Below, in pieces: positions 43,629 to 57,893 of a stretch of 64,000 bases of DNA. Under the pieces are notes generated by a model. That model ran no database searches. It was not told the origin of the DNA and saw nothing but the letters and a program-made list of their open reading frames with translations. Origin of the DNA: Octopus vulgaris (lineage: Eukaryota); NCBI GenBank assembly GCA_951406725.2, contig OX597825.1, forward strand, positions 9,672,001 through 9,736,000, written 5' to 3'. Position 1 is the stretch's first letter; each line of letters opens with the position of its first letter. Made by a program: the position numbers and the translations under genes.

Positions 43629-43657
43629 AGATGATATATATATATGTATGTGTGTGC

Positions 43658-43707
<50 letters not shown>

Positions 43708-43835
43708 TGTAAACATAAGGACACAGGAAATGTGTCAAGGCCGACAGCAAGCGTTGCTGCTTCCTAGGGCTAAATAGCAGTAGTGTGATTCCCTTCATAG
43801 GACTGCCACATTAAGTTGACAGTATACAACTACTA

Positions 43836-44519
<684 letters not shown>

Positions 44520-44582
44520 TGTGTGTGTGTGTGTGTGTGTGTGTATGTATATATATATATATAAAGAGAGAGAGAGAGAGAG

Positions 44583-44932
44583 AGAAAATAGTAAAGAGTG
44601 AAAAAACTACAGAAGGCTTAAATGTTAAAAAATATATATATTTGCGTCAATATGTCTGAAGAATATTAGAAAATTTTTTTAAAAATTTTTTTCCTCTTAT
44701 AATGACATAATTTAAAGAAAGACCAGTTTCGCGTGTAGCTTTTCAAATTTCTAACGTCGCAAGAAATTTGAAAAGCTACACGCGAAACTGGTCTTTCTTT
44801 TAAATTATGTCATTATAAGAGGAAAAAAAATTTTTTTTTTAATTTTCTAATATTCTTCAGACATATTGACGCAAATATATATATTTTTTAACATTTAAGC
44901 CTTCTGTAGTTTTTTCCCTCTTTACTATTTTC
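44583..44932. repeat. Near-perfect ~170 bp-arm palindrome with 9 nt loop; each arm holds only the 3' half of an HHR
   Basis: Loop 44753-44761; gcGAAA-ctgg-TC-tttc at 44782-44797 and its mirror. Confidence 0.85.
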
Positions 44933-44969
44933 TATATATTCACCCACGTGCTTTCACAAACCAACTTTC

Positions 44970-45049
<80 letters not shown>

Positions 45050-45145
45050 AAAATTTAAATCCACATCTTTGTCGGTATATTTACTTTCTCTATAATGTTG
45101 CCACTTGATTTGAAAATTTTTGTATTAATGGAAAACCTCTATAAT

Positions 45146-45229
45146 TGGCTGATGAGTATTCAGCATCTTAAATCTGTTGTAATACTTACAACATTTAATA
45201 AAATGATGTAGTACGAAACGATCGTACCA
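45146..45229 (+). ncRNA. Intact HHR with long hairpin stem II
   Basis: tgg-CTGATGA-gtatt..gcatc.ttaaa..tgttgtaa(tac)ttacaaca.tttaa..gatgt.agtac-GAAA-cgatcg-TA-cca; in a 45047-45363 insert between (TA)n tracts. Confidence 0.85.
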
Positions 45230-45361
45230 CATTACCGGAGTAATTCTTGTTGCTTATTTTGATTATAATCACCCCCACGGATTTTTATGGTTAACACCAT
45301 ACAAAATTCTGGTGCATCTAAATTAAGTACCATATTCATTTGAATCTAAATTTTTGCTGAA

Positions 45362-45427
<66 letters not shown>

Positions 45428-45487
45428 TATATATATGTATATATATGTGTATATATATGTGTATATATATAAGTATATATATACATA

Positions 45488-45541
<54 letters not shown>

Positions 45542-45929
45542 AATTCTTCCCAATTCTTTCATTCGTATTTCGTTTTGGCGTTATAATTATTTTCTCTTTT
45601 TCGTTGTGTATTTCATTCCATGTTTCGTCCAGTTTTTTTTTTCTGTTTCTTCCTTGGGCATCATTCGTATGCTATATATTCTTCAACGTGTAATAACAAA
45701 CGCTATATTTTTCTTCATTTTAAACATTTAGATTTCAATTGCTGATGATATGTTAGGCCTTTGTTATATAAACGCATATGTCCATTATTGAAACATATGT
45801 TTAATAGATATTTCAATAAATCCTTTTAAATATTATATAATTCTATGGAGTTTTTTCATAATTCACATCGTTTCTATATCGAGTTTCTAAGCTACGATTA
45901 TTTTTTTGTATCTCAAAACATTTCGACAT

Positions 45930-46280
45930 GCGTGGCTATGTCATAAGAAGTTATGGGTTCGGTCTCACTGCGGGGTACCTTGAGCAGGTGTCATCTACAA
46001 AATCTTGAGCCGACCAAAGTCTTATGGCTGGATTTTCTGAACGGAAACTGAAAGAAGCGCTTCGTGTATATGTGTGTATGCGTGTGCGTATGAGTCTGTC
46101 TGTGTTTGTCATCCACCACTGTTTGACAAGTGGTGTTTGTGTGTTTATGTCCCTGTAACTTAACGGTTCGGCAAAAGAGTGTAGTAGAATAAGTACAAGG
46201 CTTTATAAAATAGCCACTGAGGTCGATCCGTTCGACTAAAATTCTTCAAATATATACCATAGCAGATCTGCAGTTCAAAC
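45930..46280 (+). mobile_element. SINE family A, diverged
   Basis: acggaaactgaaagaagc, aacggttcggcaaaagag blocks. Confidence 0.75.
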
Positions 46281-46330
46281 ACTAAAATATACTTATCTTA
46301 ATGTTTATTTTAGATATCGTTATATATGCA

Positions 46331-46365
<35 letters not shown>

Positions 46366-46392
46366 GTGTGTGTGTGACTGTGTATAAATATG

Positions 46393-46463
<71 letters not shown>

Positions 46464-46831
46464 TGCATATATGCATATATGTAGACAGTTCCAATGCTTT
46501 CTTCGTACATGGCATGATTAAACAGAATCTGAAACATAAAAATGTCAAGTAATAAATGATATAAACTGTTACAAGTTAGAATAAACGTAAAACGGTGTTT
46601 TATGGTGCGTCTATTTACTTCTGTCATGTCTGTGTATATATTCAAACATTAAATGAAGGATTGGTTAATCCATTTGAGTATCTGACAAAACCTGCAACAC
46701 TGGCAAGTTACTGTCTATTTCTCTCTAGTTAAGTTATCTATATAATATATACGAGTCCGGTCATATCATGGTGTTGAGGTGTTAGTTCCTATACATTTTT
46801 TCTTTCATTCTCTATGATTTTCCTCTCAACC

Positions 46832-46866
46832 CTTCTGTCGAGGAACACAGACTCGAAACGTCAAAG
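46832..46866 (+). ncRNA. Minimal HHR-like motif with variant core CUGUCGA
   Basis: ctt-CTGTCGA-ggaacacagactc-GAAA-cg-TC-aaag; element continues to ~46955. Confidence 0.4.
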
Positions 46867-48375
46867 TCCTTTCCATTCTTCCCGAGCGTCAAACTAATAC
46901 ACCTGCTTGTTGTTCCTTCAACTGTTTTCGTCTTTTGTTTCCTGTAAATTTAAACTGTGTGTGTGCGTGCGTGTGTGTGTCTGTGTGCATCTGTGTGTGT
47001 GAGTGTGTGTGTCTGTGTGCATCTGTGTATGTGAGTGTGTGTGTATGTGTGTGTGTGAGTGTGCTTATATAGGTATGTATGTATGTATGTATGTACGGAA
47101 ATATAATATGCATAATTTTGATTCGCCTGATGACATTTTCAAATAATAGCGAACATTTTTCTTCTCGGCTCTCGTTTTGAGAGAAAATAAAAAGCTTCGT
47201 TACAAGATGTTAAGTGAGGGTATTTTTTATTAGTTAGAAAAAAAGAAAGAAATGTCTTTCATTATTTTGTAGAGCAATTCTGAGTAATAACGTTAAAGGT
47301 TGGTGAAAAGTTGTCGAATGCCTAAAGGAAGACATTACAAACGATCGACTTCCTAAATGTTTCTTCTTGTGTAAAATGAATTCAATAAAAAATAATATAC
47401 TTCCCATTCCACTACTTAACTCAGCCGTTCCCTGACCGTCCCCATCCCCTCAAACTTCATTCTTTAACCATTCGTCTCCACGAACCAAAACTTTTATTTA
47501 TCAGTATTTTACTCCAAAATAATAAAAGAAACCTTTTTTTTTTTTTCAGTTACTGACAGAGCTCGTGCTACAGATATAATTGACCACCTTAACACCATTT
47601 CCTTATAATGAGGTATTTCACTTTCTCTTTACATAAACATCAGAAAGAATTTTTTTTTTCACAATACTTTGAATAAGTCATAAGGCAAGACTTGAAGCCA
47701 CAGACTAGACTAATTTTACGATAAATTTGTTTCTGTTATTGAGTTATTGAGTCTATTGTCTCCCTCGTCTTTACTGACGCTCGTTTGTTATTCTTAGAAT
47801 TCCTTTGAAATATCGACTCCAAAACTAACATTTACCTGACGATTGCTTCATCTTCACATCTGATAGCCGTCTCAATCTACATCATCCATTAATACAATCT
47901 GCATTAATCTCCATTGCGCCTGTTCGCTTTATTATGACTATTAAGACCAGCAGACGACCTGCAAGGTTTCAAACGTATGTCACAGATTAGATTCAAAATG
48001 TCTACAAGCTATATCATAGCTTACAAGTGCTATGGTAATCTTATGCACTTTCACTGCCTTTTCCAGCCACGTTTACTCCGACAGATTCTTCCATATACTA
48101 CACAGATTTGTTACAATAAAACTGTGTCAAATTATTGTTACGTACATCTTGATTTTTGCAAATCATCGGGCAATTTCAAGTGATTTATGTAGCCAGCATT
48201 TGACAGGATATAGCAATGTAGTCTGTAGCTTACAATGTACTGAGGGACGATGTATTTTGTATGCGTGTGTGTGTGTATTTGTGTTGAACCTGTATATATG
48301 TATGTATGTATGTATATGTACCTAGTTATATGTATATATGATTACATATACATACATATGAGATGGCTAGCTAGC

Positions 48376-48424
<49 letters not shown>

Positions 48425-48428
48425 GGAT

Positions 48429-48508
<80 letters not shown>

Positions 48509-48527
48509 GTAGATAGATAGATAGACA

Positions 48528-48591
<64 letters not shown>

Positions 48592-48616
48592 GATAGATAG
48601 ATAGATAGATAGATAG

Positions 48617-48737
<121 letters not shown>

Positions 48738-48780
48738 TTATAGCTGCTCTATAGGATTACCCAGGGTTTCGCCAGATCCT

Positions 48781-48840
48781 GGAGTCTGACGAGACGCTGT
48801 AAAGCTAAGTGCTTTACGGTCGCGAAACCCTGGGTAACCC
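48781..48840 (+). ncRNA. Type I HHR within short inverted repeat 48748-48846
   Basis: gt-CTGACGA-gacgctgtaaagc(taagt)gctttacggtcgc-GAAA-ccctggg-TA-ac; stem I imperfect; next to a (GATA)n tract. Confidence 0.75.
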
Positions 48841-48931
48841 CATAGATCGGCCACAACTACCTTTATCTAAATACTCTACGGCTCGTTCGGATTTATGATT
48901 TACTGACGATGCATACACACACACACACATA

Positions 48932-49354
48932 GGCGCAGGAGTGGCTATGTGGTAAGTAGCTTGCTAACCAGCCACATGGTTCCGGGTTCAGTCCCACTGC
49001 GTGGCATCTTGGGCAAGTGTCTTCTGCTATAGCCCCGGGCCGACCAATGCCTTGTGAGTGGATTTGGTAGACGGAAACTGAAAGAAGCCTGTCGTATATA
49101 TGTATATATGTATATATATATGTATGTGTGCGTGTGTTTGTGTGTCTGTGTTTGTCCCCCCTAGCATTGCTTGACAACCGATGCTGGTGTGTTTACGTCC
49201 CCGTCACTTAGCGGTTCGGCAAAAGAGACCGATAGAATAAGTACTGGGCTTGCAAAGAATAAGTCCTGGGGTCGATTTGCTCGACTAAAGGCGGTGCTCC
49301 AGCATGGCCGCAGTCAAATGACTGAAACAAGTAAAAGAGTAAAGAGAGTAAAAA
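48932..49354 (+). mobile_element. SINE family A, full length
   Basis: Near-identical to 61096-61506. Confidence 0.92.
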
Positions 49355-49773
49355 GTATATATATTTGTATATTTATGTATGCCTATATGTGTATATGTGT
49401 GTATCTGTATATATCTGTGTGTATGTGCGCGCGCGTGTATGTATTTAAATATATGTGTTGGGAGGACATTGACTTTTTTTTTATACATTCTTCATCTTTC
49501 GTATTTCGTTTTGGTCATTATTGGTTTTTTCTCCATTTTTCATTCCACTTTTCGTTTCTTTGTGTCAATCGTTTGGTTTGTGTTCTTCAGCTTGTAACAG
49601 CAAACGCTATATTTTTCTTCATTTCAAACATTTATTTAGATTTCAGTTGCCGAGGAAATTATAGATATCTATTTTTATGTATTTTATAAATATTTTTCAA
49701 ATATCTATTATGGAATCATATGTGCAATGGTTATGTAAATATATATTTTTATCAATATAATATTTTGTTATTA

Positions 49774-49975
49774 AGGCGGCGAGCTGTCAGAATGGTTGGC
49801 ATGCCGGTAAAATGCTTCGCGGCATCTCTTCTGGCTTTTTTTATTGTCTGAGTTCAAATTCCGCTAAGTTCCACTTTACTCTTCCTCCTTCGGGTTCGCT
49901 AAAATAAATACTAATTGAGTACTGTTGTCAGTGCGATCGTCTGGCTCCCTCCCCTCAAAATTTCAGGCTCTATAA
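49774..49975 (+). mobile_element. SINE family B, old diverged copy
   Basis: ggcggcgagctgtcagaatggttggc..ctgagttcaaattccgc. Confidence 0.7.
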
Positions 49976-50001
49976 CTCTCGTAGAGAGAATATATATTAT
50001 A

Positions 50002-50395
50002 TTTCGTTTTTGGATTTGGTTTGCAAGATTCTTTATATGAGTACGTGTGTTGAAGCATATTCTGTTGTGTCTGGGGAGAGTCATTTTCTTTTTGTGCCTT
50101 ATTATTTAACACACTCACCGGTAAAATTTCCACTTATTTCTTATTTTTATTTTCTTAAAATTTTTGTTGCATCTTGCAACCTTTTCAATAGTCTTGACTC
50201 TGTCCCTTATTTACACTGCGTTCCTTTTTGTTTGTTTGTGCGCGTGTGTGTGAGTGCCTATTGAAAAGGTTACAAGACGAAACGAAAATTTTAGGAAAAT
50301 AAAAATAAGAAATAAGTGGAAATTTTACCGGTGAGTGTGTTACATTATGAGGCACAAAAAGAAAATGACTCACCCCAGACACAACAAAATATATT
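50002..50395. mobile_element. Inverted-repeat element
   Basis: Arms ~50063-50190 / ~50259-50386; same family as 27413-27598. Confidence 0.75.
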
Positions 50396-50639
50396 TTTTA
50401 TTTTTGATATTCTTACAAACAGGCAAACAGACAGATAGATGAGATATATAAGATAGACAGACAGACAGACAGGAAGGAAGATTCGCAATGTCTTCAAATT
50501 TTAGTCGATGACTAGCAGTCTTAGAAACCAATAACATTGCGCAGAGTTCTACTGAAAGTTTTGCGAAAGTGGACATAACGTTTTAATTAACATGACATAG
50601 GGTGCTCAAATTGTCCATGATGGTAGAGTGATTCTCTTT

Positions 50640-51700
50640 GCAGTTCTTCATTGCTGCCAAATAATGGGCTCCAAACAGAAGCAACATGCCATCATTGAGT
50701 TTTTGATGGAGTGCAGGCTGTCGAATATCCAAGGAAGGTTACAGGTTGTTTACGGAAATTATACCACTGACAAGAGCAATGTGCACTCACGAATGAAAAA
50801 GATAAAGGGATGTCAAACCAGCGCTCAAAGCAAGTCACATGGTGGGAGATCATCGACTGCGACCATTTACACGAATCACAAACGAATGGACAAACTAGAC
50901 ACGCGAGTCATAATCTGTGAGCCTGCTGCACAACACAGCTGTGGTCACAATATGCATCAGAGAGGATGGAGGACTTTGAGTACCACAAAATATGTGCAAG
51001 GTGGGTACCTTGGCAGTTGACGACCGATTTTAAGAAGAGAAGTGTGGATGCCGACTCTGCTCTGCTAGAAGTGCTTGAAGCCAATGGAGACACATTTTTT
51101 TAAAGAATCTGATGAAGAAGATGAGACAGCTGTATCTCTATGATCCAGAAATAAATGCTCAATCCATGAAATGACGTCACACCTCTTCGCTAAGGCCTAA
51201 GAAGTTCAAAGCAAGTGATTGGTCAAAAATTCGAGTTATTTGTTATTTCAGATGACAAGAGTATCGTTCTCTTTGATTCTCTGGAACATGGCTGTACCGT
51301 AATCTGTGAGCGGTATAGTGTGAGCTAGCAGAAACATTAGCACGCCGGGCGAAATTCTTAGTGGTATTTCGTCTGCCGTTACGTTCTGAGTTCAAATTCC
51401 GCAGAGGTCGACTTTGCCTTTCATCCTTTCGGGGTCGATAAATTAAGTACCAGTCATGCACTGGGGTCGATGTAATCGACTTAATCCGTTTGTCTGTCCT
51501 TTTTTTGTCCCCTCTGTGTTTAGCCCCTTGTGGGTAGTAAAGAAATAGGTATAGTGTGACATTCAACAATCTTAGAAATGCCACTGAGAGAAAGAAGAAA
51601 GCACACACAACTCTTTAGCAACAAATATAGATATTGGACTGGTCAGTAGTCCCTCATCCACTGTACAACGGGGATCTGATGACTCCCGTCTTCCAGACAT
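50640..51700 (+). mobile_element. mariner (DD34D-type) transposase remnant interrupted by a SINE
   Basis: KQHAIIEFL..IQGRLQVVYG..KSNV..GGRSSTA (Mos1-type HTH), CARWVPWQLT, LYDPE..QSM, PKKFK, WSVVPHPLY. Confidence 0.85.
51322..51547 (+). mobile_element. SINE family B with 12 bp TSD
   Basis: ggtatagtgtga at 51312 and 51548. Confidence 0.92.
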
Positions 51701-52559
51701 GTTACGTGTTTGTGAGAAAATATTCCAGGGAGTGACATGTTCAAAAGAAGCTATATTCAGCCACTTGGAATAATATACTGAAAAATAAGTTTGAGAGTGA
51801 ATATTATATTTAACCTATAATCATTAGTCCAACAAGATATATTTTGCTTGACCGATGAATAGAGATTATTACACTCACACACACAAATATAGAATCAGAT
51901 AAATAGATACCATTATATCATTCAGATACATATGTAAATTGTGTGTGTGTGTGTGTGTATGTGTGTGTTTGTAAATAAAACTTTATTTCTTCATCTGATT
52001 TTACAAACTGAAGAAGCTATAAGAAAAATCAGAGATACGAAAAGTTTTATATAGGTGGTACAAGAAAACTGGTCATTAAGAAAGCTTATAAGAAAGATAA
52101 GAAAGAATAACAGACAATATAGTCTCATTAATTTATTTTATTTTGCTTTGTCTCTTAGAACAAATAGAAAATAAAGCTATATAATTTCTAAATAAAATTT
52201 ATTTTAAAAAAATATTTTGTTGATGAAATATTATATTTACAAAACAATTCCTATTTTTAAATATTTTCCATTCCTTAAGACGAAATGTTTGTGATGTTTT
52301 CATTGGGTACAAGGGTGAATATTTTTAAGGGAAATAAAATGGGAATGTGTAAGGTTCATGGATTTACTTGGGGCCATAAACATTTGGGAGTAAAAATCAA
52401 CTAATTAATTAACTTCATTAGGTACATCGTATTTTACACCGATTAAAAATAAGTCTTTGGAACAATTTCAATTTTGGACGGAATTTAAACTCAGCAGCAA
52501 AATTCTTCTCGAAAAGATTTCTAGTGAACAGATTTGGACATTAATGTCTCAAGCCTTGA

Positions 52560-52790
52560 GACCCAGGAAGCCAGTGACTCAGTTTCCATAGAGATATCAG
52601 TGACTGAGATCACAACATTCTCCATGAAAGGGATGCCAGTGTGTCACGTGGTTACTCATTTACAGCTGAGAGGACTGGAACAGCTTGAAACAAAGTTTCT
52701 TGCTCAAGGACACAAAGTGCTGCATGTTTCTGGGATTGAAACCATGATCATGCGACCATGAGTGCAATACCCTTACCACTTGGCCACACT
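52560..52790 (-). mobile_element. Old SINE related to 170-401
   Basis: ggactggaacagcttgaaacaaagtttcttgctcaaggacacaa..gattgaaaccatgatc. Confidence 0.65.
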
Positions 52791-53248
52791 CTTTCCAAAT
52801 AGATTTACAGATATTTATATAATTATAAACCGCATCCTGATAAACCTCTTCCTGAATGGGTGAGTATAACTGATTCCAATGAGGTTCGAAATTAACAGCA
52901 ATAAGACAAAAAAAGACAATCTTTCAATGTGTCACTTTGTTATCTGAGCAATCAGAAATATCTTAAAATGCTGTTTGCTTTGCTTTGTTCTTTTGTTGTT
53001 GTTTTAATGTCCTTTTTTTCATAATCATGTTACTTCTGGATCTATCATGTTTATTTAAATATAATTACAAAAAAATATTTGTAAAGCAGAAAGTCATTAT
53101 TTTCTTTGGCTCAGTCTGCCTGGTTGACACATTGGGTTCTATTCTAGGTCTTTGGTTGAGTGGTTAGAGGACAGAAGTATTTAATTGTAGGAACAACTGA
53201 TCCAAGAAACTCTCTCCTTCGTTCTTCAATAGCAATATATACCCTGCC

Positions 53249-53309
<61 letters not shown>

Positions 53310-54040
53310 AACACACACACACACACACGTTTTGTATATTTCATAATTTCATTTTTCATTTTTTTTTTCCTAACATCTTTTCCTTGCTTTTACATCAACA
53401 GTCCTTTCTAATGTTTCCCATTTTTTTTCTTTTCAAACAAAATGTCTTTGTTTTAGATATTATTTTAGCTATTTTTCTTACTATCAAAATAAGAATAGAC
53501 ATAAATAAATCTTTAATGCTTTTGTCTCCAATTTCTTTGTTTTTTTATTTTTATTTTTTCATCATTCGCTTTGTTCTTCTCTGCTTTTTTTTTTTTTCTC
53601 TCCCTGCTAGAGGTGGGCTATGTGTATTTTTCACATAGCTGAAAACAATTACTGTTATGGAAAAAAACTGTTATAAGAACAGGGGCTTGAGAGGTTACAT
53701 TTATATTTCATAATTTACAGGTTGAATAAAGACTGCATGAATTTCAGCATTGCTATGAGTCTTTTCTTTTTTTATATTCTGAATGTTAAAAACTAATGAT
53801 TTGTGAGAAAGACATAAATCAACATGATATCCTGAGTGGCCACTTGGCACATAAATACACACTTATTCATCTACACTGAACAAAAAAACTTCAAAATATA
53901 TACCTTCAACACATCATGTTTGTTTCTTTGACTTATTTTACTGTTCTTCCTTTACTGATCGTTAGTTTTGGTTACATATTGCTACAGTCAAAAAGTGTAC
54001 GTATATGTATATATATATATATATACTCTCTTATATTTAC

Positions 54041-54086
<46 letters not shown>

Positions 54087-54465
54087 ACATATATATATAC
54101 ATACATATATATATACATACACACATATATACATATATATATACACACATACACAAACACATATATACATATATATATACATGCATATATATATATGTAT
54201 GTATATATATTTATATATATATATACATGTGTATATAAATATATATACACACACATATATATATACACACATTATATATATTCATGTATATATGCAAATA
54301 TATATATATATATATATATATATACATTATATATATGCATTTATATATATATATACATGTATATATATATATATACATGTATATATATACATATATATAC
54401 ACGTATATATACATACATGTATATATATATATATACATGTATATATATATATATATATATGTATT

Positions 54466-54527
<62 letters not shown>

Positions 54528-54605
54528 TAATGTTGATCATATCTTTTTGCACCTTTAAAACTGCAGTAAATAATTCATAGTTTGCATGAATAAAATGAAG
54601 AGAAA

Positions 54606-54665
<60 letters not shown>

Positions 54666-55062
54666 ACATGAAAATATGAGGTGAGGGGCGGTCAGAGGAA
54701 GAGACAACCGAACAGTGGAATAAGAATCAAGCAGCAGCAGGAAATTCTAAAAATATTCGTATTCTTTCCACTGGTATTCTTGCACAGCATTAGAGTAGAA
54801 TTGGTAAAAAGCCTGACAAAATACCTTGTGGTACTTTAGCATTGACGTTCTTCCAGGATTAACGAAACGAATCAGGTATTAAGATTGGCACAATCAACAA
54901 TAACCTCCATGAAATCAAGTTTCTTTGTAGCAATATGAAATCATGGTTGTTATCTTTACTATTATTATTATTATTATCATTATTATTATTATTATTATTA
55001 TCATTATTATAATCGTTGTTATTTGACTTGATTTTAATAAAAGAAAAAATCCTGGTGTGTTT

Positions 55063-55588
55063 TTAAGTCATGTAATTGGCTTTGATACAAAAGGTTTCTT
55101 CATTTTTTCCTTGCTCATCGTCAATAAAAACAAGGATGTCCACAGAGCCCTGCTGTAATACAGGAGCAAAGCGAAGACCAATATCAAGGGACTCACCCCC
55201 AGGGATATCCAACTGGTTCTCTTTAAACTGTAGTAGGTCGTCTCGGTTTGTGTGTAGACTGAACAGCTTGCTTTTGCCATAAGGATTACGATAGGATATT
55301 TTTTTGTTACAGCCATAACCTCCGCCAACCGGCAACTTAATCTCAAATGTACCTGAAATAACTGGGGTTTGGGTTTTGATGCATATAAGCCAGCTACGCA
55401 GTAACTGGTGGTAATCAACATCCACCATGTTGATGTAGAAGTATTTTGAACCTGTAGACTCGGGTCTGACTGTAACATTGAGTTCATGAACACTTCCAGC
55501 TGCTAGAGTAAAAGCTTCGCTTGGATGAAGTTTCATTTCCCGTGGATGGGACGTAAAACAACGAGCAAACCTTGACGAATGAGTTCCT
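55063..55588 (-). CDS. NPHP4: Nephrocystin-4, terminal coding exon
   Basis: Translation RGTHSSRFARCFTSHPREMK...INMVDVDYHQLLRSWLICI...GGGYGCNKKISYRNPY...KNEETFCIKANYMT* matches my recollection of the NPHP4 C-terminus (RGTQTVRKVRAFTSHPQEL...NKRITYTNPY...DKNEEAFCVK). Polypyrimidine tract plus acceptor (ttttttcgtttctttgcag|AGG) at 55589; phase-2 intron. No upstream exon recognised in the window. Confidence 0.93.
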
Positions 55589-55667
55589 CTGCAAAGAAAC
55601 GAAAAAAACAAAAATGGATATAAGTTTACTACAAACCATCAGCATTTTATGATAACAATTTTCGTTT

Positions 55668-55941
55668 ATTGGCACCTGTGCCAGTGTGCAGGTGACATGT
55701 TAAAAACAAAAAAGATTCTTTTGTGGCCGTTGCCAGTACCGCCTGACTGGCCCCCGTGCCGGTGGCATGAAAAAAGCACCCACTACACTCTCACAGTGGT
55801 TGGCATTAGTAAGGGCATCCATCTGTAGAAACTCTGCCAGATCAAGATTGGAGCCTGGTGCAGCCATCTGGTTCGGCAGTCCTCAGTCAAATCGTCCAAC
55901 CCATGCAAGCATGGAAAGCGGACGTTAAATAATGATGATGA
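55668..55941 (+). mobile_element. SINE family E fragment with (ATG)n tail
   Basis: cactacactctc..aagggcatcca..aacccatgcaagcatggaaagcggacgttaaa; also 56170-56380 (-) and 63485-63800 (+). Confidence 0.8.
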
Positions 55942-56859
55942 TCTCTCCTTCTCTCTTTCCACTTCTGCAACCACCACCACCACGACCATCATCATCATCA
56001 TCATCATCACCATTTTTTTGTTTGCTTTCCATGTCAGTGTGGATAAGCTAGATTGTAATGGTCTCACTCATTTCTTTCTCAACCTATCTTATATTCCACC
56101 CTTGACAGTTTCTGCAACTGGATTGTCTGTTCTAACACCAACAACTCAGAATGTCGTCGTCGTCATCGTCGTCATCATCATCATCGTTTAGCGTCTGTTT
56201 TCCATGCTAGCATAGGTTGGACAGTTCGACCGGGGTCTGGGAAGCCAGGAGGCTGCACCAGGCTCCAGTCTGATCTGGCAGAGTTTCTATAGCTGGATGC
56301 CCTCCCTAACACCAACCACTCCATGAGTGTAGTGGGTGCTTTTTACGTGCCACCAGCACAGGGGCCAGGGGAGGCGGTTGGTGATTTTTATGTCTCTCGG
56401 CTAGATTAAAGGGTCCCCTCTCCCTTATGTTGACTGTCCAAAAGACAAACACGATTTTGAGAACTAACAGGAGTGAGAGAGTGAGGAAAGAAAACAAAAA
56501 ATAAAACAAACAAGAGAATGGTAGAGGAGGGAGTACTTAAGAGGCACATCGATAGCTACTTGTTGGTTGGTAAGGAAATTGTATACAGAAACAATATATG
56601 ATGAGATAGGAGAGTAATAAAGATGGATGATGGGAAGAGAGAAAAAGTGATGGATAGCATCCTGTTTCCTCCTTTTTGAAATTAGAATCAATACGACTCC
56701 TTTCATCTTTCCCCGTATCTCTCTCTTCATTTCCCTTTGTTTAACAACCAACATCGAAATAATTTACTCTTCATATATATTCCTCTGCCAGATATTATCT
56801 CTATGTATACTTGTTACTAGTCTGTGTGTTCTTTATCACTTAAGTAAAAAAGACTCATT

Positions 56860-57546
56860 TTATTCTTTTATTTTGTTTCAGACATCTGACTGCGGCCATG
56901 CTGGAGCACCGCCTTTAGTCAAGTAAATCAACCACAGGACTTATTCTTTCAGTTTCCATCTACCAGATCCACTCACAAGGCTTTGGTCAGCCCGAGGCTA
57001 TAGTAAAAGATACTTGCCCAAGGTGACACACAGTGGGACTGAACCCGGAACCATGTGGTTGGTAAACAAGCTACTCACCACACAGCCACTCCTGCACCTC
57101 TTTTACTCTTTTACTTGTTTCAGGCATTTGACTGTGGCCATGCTGGAGCACCGCCTTTAGTCAAGCAAATCAACCCCAGGATTTATTCACAGTAAGCCTA
57201 GTACTTATTCTATCGGTTACTTTTGCTGAACCACTATGTTACGGGGACGTAAACACACCACCACCGGTTGTCAAGCGATGTTGAGGGTGACAAACACAGA
57301 CACACAAACATATACACACACATACATATATATATGTATCAAAAGAAGAACAGGAATCAAAGGATTTGGCAGTATATGTGTTTCTGGCTTTATTGAACAA
57401 TTTATATCAATGCATAATTGATATAACATGTAGGTCAATAGCCTTCTTCAGCCACGTACAATTACCACACCAAGGACATGTATTACATTATAGCAGGTTT
57501 GAGAAAAAGTTTGGGGAAAAAACGAGTTTCATAGGGAAACTCCAAT

Positions 57547-57593
<47 letters not shown>

Positions 57594-57688
57594 GGGAACA
57601 AACACAGACACACAACATATACACACACATACATATATATATATATATATGGGGGAACAAACACAAACACACAACCACACAACATATG

Positions 57689-57725
<37 letters not shown>

Positions 57726-57893
57726 CATATATACCACAGGACTTCTTCTTTCAGTTTCCATTTACTAGATCCACTCACAAGGCTTTGGTCAGCCCGAGGC
57801 TATAGTAAAAGATACTTGCCCAAGGTGACACACAGTGGGACTGAAGCTGGAACCATGCGATTGGTAAGCAAGCTACTTGCCACACAGCCTGTC
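56860..57893 (-). mobile_element. Two adjacent SINE A copies, the second interrupted in its TA tract
   Basis: 56860-57098 internally deleted; 57100-57893 split by a 57338-57548 insert. Confidence 0.8.
57369..57455 (-). ncRNA. Decayed HHR with long hairpin stem II
   Basis: gtgg-CTGAAGA-aggctattga..ttatatcaat(tatgc)attgatataa..tcaataaagcca-GAAA-cacata-TA-ctgc. Confidence 0.6.

Noticed and set aside
47126-47160. Isolated CTGATGA matches (also ~12917, ~45742, ~51109)
   Set aside because: No compatible stems or GAAA/UH; 51109 lies in the mariner remnant.
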